A DNA stretch of 64,000 nt from Mobula hypostoma. Its lineage: Eukaryota. The stretch lies in contig NC_086109.1 in NCBI RefSeq assembly GCF_963921235.1, positions 2,046,001-2,110,000 on the forward strand, read 5' to 3'. Positions within the stretch are counted from its first letter, which is position 1. Each line of letters opens with the position of its first letter. This document shows positions 60,252 through 64,000 of this stretch, piece by piece. A model generated the notes under the pieces. It made no database searches. It had not been told where the DNA came from and was given only the letters and a program-made list of their open reading frames with translations. Both the position numbers and the translations under genes were made by a program.

Positions 60252-62625
60252 TGTGTGTGGGGACAGTGTGACCCAGTGACTGGATGTGTGGGGACAGTGT
60301 GACCCAGTGACTGGGTGTGTGGGGACAGTGTGACCCAGTGACTGGGTGTGTGGAGACAGTGACACCTAGTAACTGGGTGTGTGGGGACAGTGTGACCCAG
60401 TGACTGACTGGGTGTGTGGAGACAGTGACACCTAGTAACTGGGTGTGTGGGGACAGTGTGACCCAGTGACTGACTGGGTGTGTGGGGACAGTGTGACCCA
60501 GTGACTGGGTGTGTGGGGACAGTGTGACCCAGTGACTGACTGGGTGTGTGGAGACAGTGACACCTAGTAACTGGGTGTGTGGGGACAGTGTGACCCAGTG
60601 ACTGACTGGGTGTGTGGGGACAGTGTGACCCAGTGACTGGGTGTGTGGGGACAGTGTGACCCAGTGACTGACTGGGTGTGTGGGGACAGTGACACCTAGT
60701 TACTGGGTGTGTGGGGACAGTGTGACCCAGTGACTGACTGGGTGTGTGGGGACAGTGACACCTAGTTACTGGGTGTGTGGGGACAGTGTGACCCAGTGAC
60801 TGACTGGGTGTGTGGGGACAGTGTGACCCAGTGACTGGGTGTGTGGGGACAGTGTGACACAGTGACTGACTGGGTGTGTGGGGACAGTGTGACCCAGTGA
60901 CTGGGTGTGTGGGGACAGTGCGACTTAGTGACTGACTGGGTGTGTGGGGACAGTGTGACCCAGTGACTGGGTGTGTGGGGACAGTGTGACCCAGTGACTG
61001 ACTGGGTGTGTGGGGACAGTGCAACTTAGTAACTGGGTGTGTGTGGGGACAGTGTGACCCAGTGACTGACTGGGTGTGTGGGGACAGTGTGACCCAGTGA
61101 CTGACTGGGTGTGTGGGGACAGTGACACCTAGTAACTGGGTGTGTGGGGACAGTGTGACCCAGTGACTGACTGGGTGTGTGGGGACAGTGTGACCCAGTG
61201 ACTGGGTGGGTGGGGACAGTGTGACACAGTGACTGACTGGGTGTGTGGGGACAGTGTGACCCAGTGACTGACTGGGTGTGTGGGGACAGTGTGATCCAGT
61301 GACTGGGTGTGTGGGGACAGTGCGACTTAGTGACTGGGTGTGTGGGGACAGTGCGACTTAGTGACTGACTGGGTGTGTGGGGACAGTGTGACCCAGTGAC
61401 TGACTGGGTGTGTGGGGACAGTGTGACCCAGTGACTGACTGGGTGTGTGGGGACAGTGTGACCCAGTGACTGGGTGTGTGGGGACAGTGTGACCCAGTGA
61501 ATGGGTGTGTGGGGACAGTGTGACCCAGTGACTGGGTGTGTGGGGACAGTGCAACTTAGTGACTGGGTGTGTGGGGACAGTGTGACCCAGTGACTGACTG
61601 GGTGTGTGGAGACAGTGACACCTAGTAACTGGGTGTGTGGGGACAGTGTGACCCAGTGACTGACTGGGTGTGTGGGGACAGTGACACCTGGTTACTGGGT
61701 GTGTGGGGACAGTGTGACCCAGTGACTGACTGGGTGTGTGGGGACAGTGTGACCCAGTGACTGGGTGTGTGGGGACAGTGTGACCCAGTGACTGGGTGGG
61801 TGGGGACAGTGTGACACAGTGACTGACTGGGTGTGTGGGGACAGTGTGACCCAGTGACTGGGTGTGTGGGGACAGTGCGACTTAGTGACTGACTGGGTGT
61901 GTGGGGACAGTGTGACCCAGTGACTGGGTGTGTGGGGACAGTGTGACCCAGTGACTGACTGGGTGTGTGGGGACAGTGCAACTTAGTAACTGGGTGTGTG
62001 TGGGGACAGTGTGACCCAGTGACTGACTGGGTGTGTGGGGACAGTGTGACCCAGTGACTGACTGGGTGTGTGGGGACAGTGACACCTAGTAACTGGGTGT
62101 GTGGGGACAGTGTGACCCAGTGACTGACTGGGTGTGTGGGGACAGTGTGACCCAGTGACTGAGTGGGTGGGGACAGTGTGACACAGTGACTGACTGGGTG
62201 TGTGGGGACAGTGTGACCCAGTGACTGACTGGGTGTGTGGGGACAGTGTGATCCAGTGACTGGGTGTGTGGGGACAGTGCGACTTAGTGACTGGGTGTGT
62301 GGGGACAGTGCGACCCAGTGACTGACTGGGTGTGTGGGGACAGTGTGACCCAGTGACTGACTGGGTGTGTGGGGACAGTGTGACCCAGTGAATGGGTGTG
62401 TGGGGACAGTGTGACCAAGTGACTGGGTGTGTGGGACAGTGCGACCTGGTGACTGGGTGGGTGGGGATAGTGTGACCCAGTGATTTGGTGTGGCGTGGGT
62501 GCAGTGTACCCCAGCAACTGGGTGTGCAGGGACAGTGTACCCCAGTGATGGACTGTGCGGGAGGATAGGGTACCCCAGTGACTGGGAGTGTGAGGGCAGT
62601 GTACCCCAGTGACCAGGTGTGTGCA
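60252..62625. repeat. 31/35-bp minisatellite (~70 units) with a palindromic core and 957-bp higher-order repeat
   Basis: gggacagtgtgACCCAGTgACTGGGTgtgtg with an optional extra gact; ORFs 60925-61128 and 61882-62085 have identical translations. Confidence 0.95.
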
Positions 62626-62689
62626 GGATAAGGAACAGGAAATGGAGAGTCAAAGATCGAGTAGTGTGGTCAGCGCAATTTACTGCAGA

Positions 62690-64000
62690 TCCGTAAGACC
62701 ATAAAATATAGGAGGAAATTTAAGACATTTAGCCCTTTGAGCCTGTTCCATCATTTAATTATTGTTGGTTCCTTATGCAGCCGCATTCTCCTGCCTTTTC
62801 TCTGTAACTCTGAACTACTCTCCCAATTGAAAACCTTTCAATCTCATCCTTAAATTCCAGATTCCTGGCCTCTGGCTGAAAAAATTCCTTCTCACCGCAG
62901 TTCCAAAAGCACATTTCTTTATTCCGAGTCTGTGCCCTTGTGTCCTGGACTCTCCCACTGACATAAACATCCTCTGCACCTTCATGTCATCCAGGCGTTT
63001 CAGTATCTGTTATGATTTAGTGAATCCTTTCCATCACCCTTCTGAAGTCCATCCCTTTCAGGCCCAAAGCTGCCAAACACTCATACCTGAAGACTTCCAC
63101 TCCCGTAATTATTCTTGTGAACATTATCTGGACCCTCTCCAGAGGCAGCACATATTTCCTTAGATACAGTACCCAAATTGTTCACAACATTCCATATGGG
63201 GTCTAAGCAACTTCTTATAAAGCCTCAGCAGTTCGTTCTTGCTATTATATCCACACCCTTTCCAAACTAAATACTAACAATGCATTCCCCTTCTTTAATA
63301 CTGACTCAACATGAATTGTCTGTCCATTTCATTCCAGGCTACAACATTATTCTTCCTCTCGGAGTGCACAAACTCTCATTTCTAAAAATTGTCTTCTTTG
63401 CCCATTCTCCCAACCTCTCCAAGTCCTGCAGCAGACTCGACCCTGTGCCTCTGTGACACCAACTGTACGTCCAGCTATCTTGATCCTGATATATCCACAA
63501 TGCCATCTGCTCCTTCATCGAGACCATTCATGTGTAATGTGAAAAGGTGCCGTGCCAGCCCAGAACCCTTTGATACTCCATTGGTCTGCGGCAGGTGTTC
63601 GAAAAAGAACATTTATATCCCCCTCTCTCTAACTTCTGCCAGTCAGACAATCTTCTATCCATGCTGTACCTTACCAACGATGCCATAGGCTCTTAAAAAC
63701 ATAAGAACATAAGAAATAGGAGCAGGAGTAGGCCATCCAGCCCATCGAACCTGCCCCACCATTCAATAAGATCATGGCTGATCCGTATGTAAACTCATCG
63801 CCATCTACCTGCCTTTTCCCCATAACCCTTAATTCCCTTACTATGTAAAAACCTATTTAACTGTTTCTTAACTATATCTTGTGAGGAAGCCTCAACTGCT
63901 TCCCTGGGCAGAGAATTCCACAGATTCACCACTCTCTGGGAAAAACATTTTCTCCTCATCTCCATCCTAAATTTTCTCCCCTGAATCTTGAGGTAATATC
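62690..64000 (-). mobile_element. CR1 3'-end fragments
   Basis: Reverse-oriented CR1 3' text, e.g. acataagaacataagaaataggagcaggagtaggcc at ~63700. Confidence 0.75.

Noticed and set aside
60850-62190. RAG recombination signal heptamers (CACAGTG) in some minisatellite units
   Set aside because: No ACAAAAACC-like nonamer at 12 or 23 bp. The V exons end in splice donors rather than RSS, so there is no sign of rearrangement.
60252-62625. CRISPR-like array (palindromic ~31-35 bp repeats)
   Set aside because: No unique spacers, no cas genes, vertebrate context; it is a minisatellite.
59990-62653. 344-aa and 343-aa His/Thr/Pro repeat ORFs
   Set aside because: Stop-free frames of the minisatellite; frame shifts with 31/35-bp units and there are no splice or start signals.

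Overview
Vertebrate genomic DNA, about three-quarters retroelement debris. The repeat set (CR1/HER1-like LINEs, an HE1-type V-SINE, Penelope-like elements) points to a cartilaginous fish, probably a ray; this is inferred, not proven. The main host feature is a minus-strand immunoglobulin-superfamily gene. A signal-peptide exon (34335-34386) behind an ETS/GC-box promoter lies about 24 kb upstream of three phase 1-1, cysteine-less CD2/SLAM/CEACAM-type V-set exons (10207-10527, 6702-7022, 4222-4524). Two of these sit in a recent ~3.5 kb tandem duplication, and a fourth copy is predicted just left of the window. Its long first intron holds a young Gmr1-like Gypsy LTR element with an open gag-protease-deleted-pol frame, nested solo LTRs and a Penelope-like element with a hammerhead ribozyme motif. 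To the right are an orphan transmembrane-like exon, a retroviral gag relic split by a CR1, four near-identical young CR1 copies, an L1 with a 5' inversion, a CTCF motif, a CpG-rich promoter with ~30-bp-phased CCAAT boxes and a palindromic minisatellite. There is one assembly gap (33288-33849). All alignments and translations were done by eye; no database searches were run.
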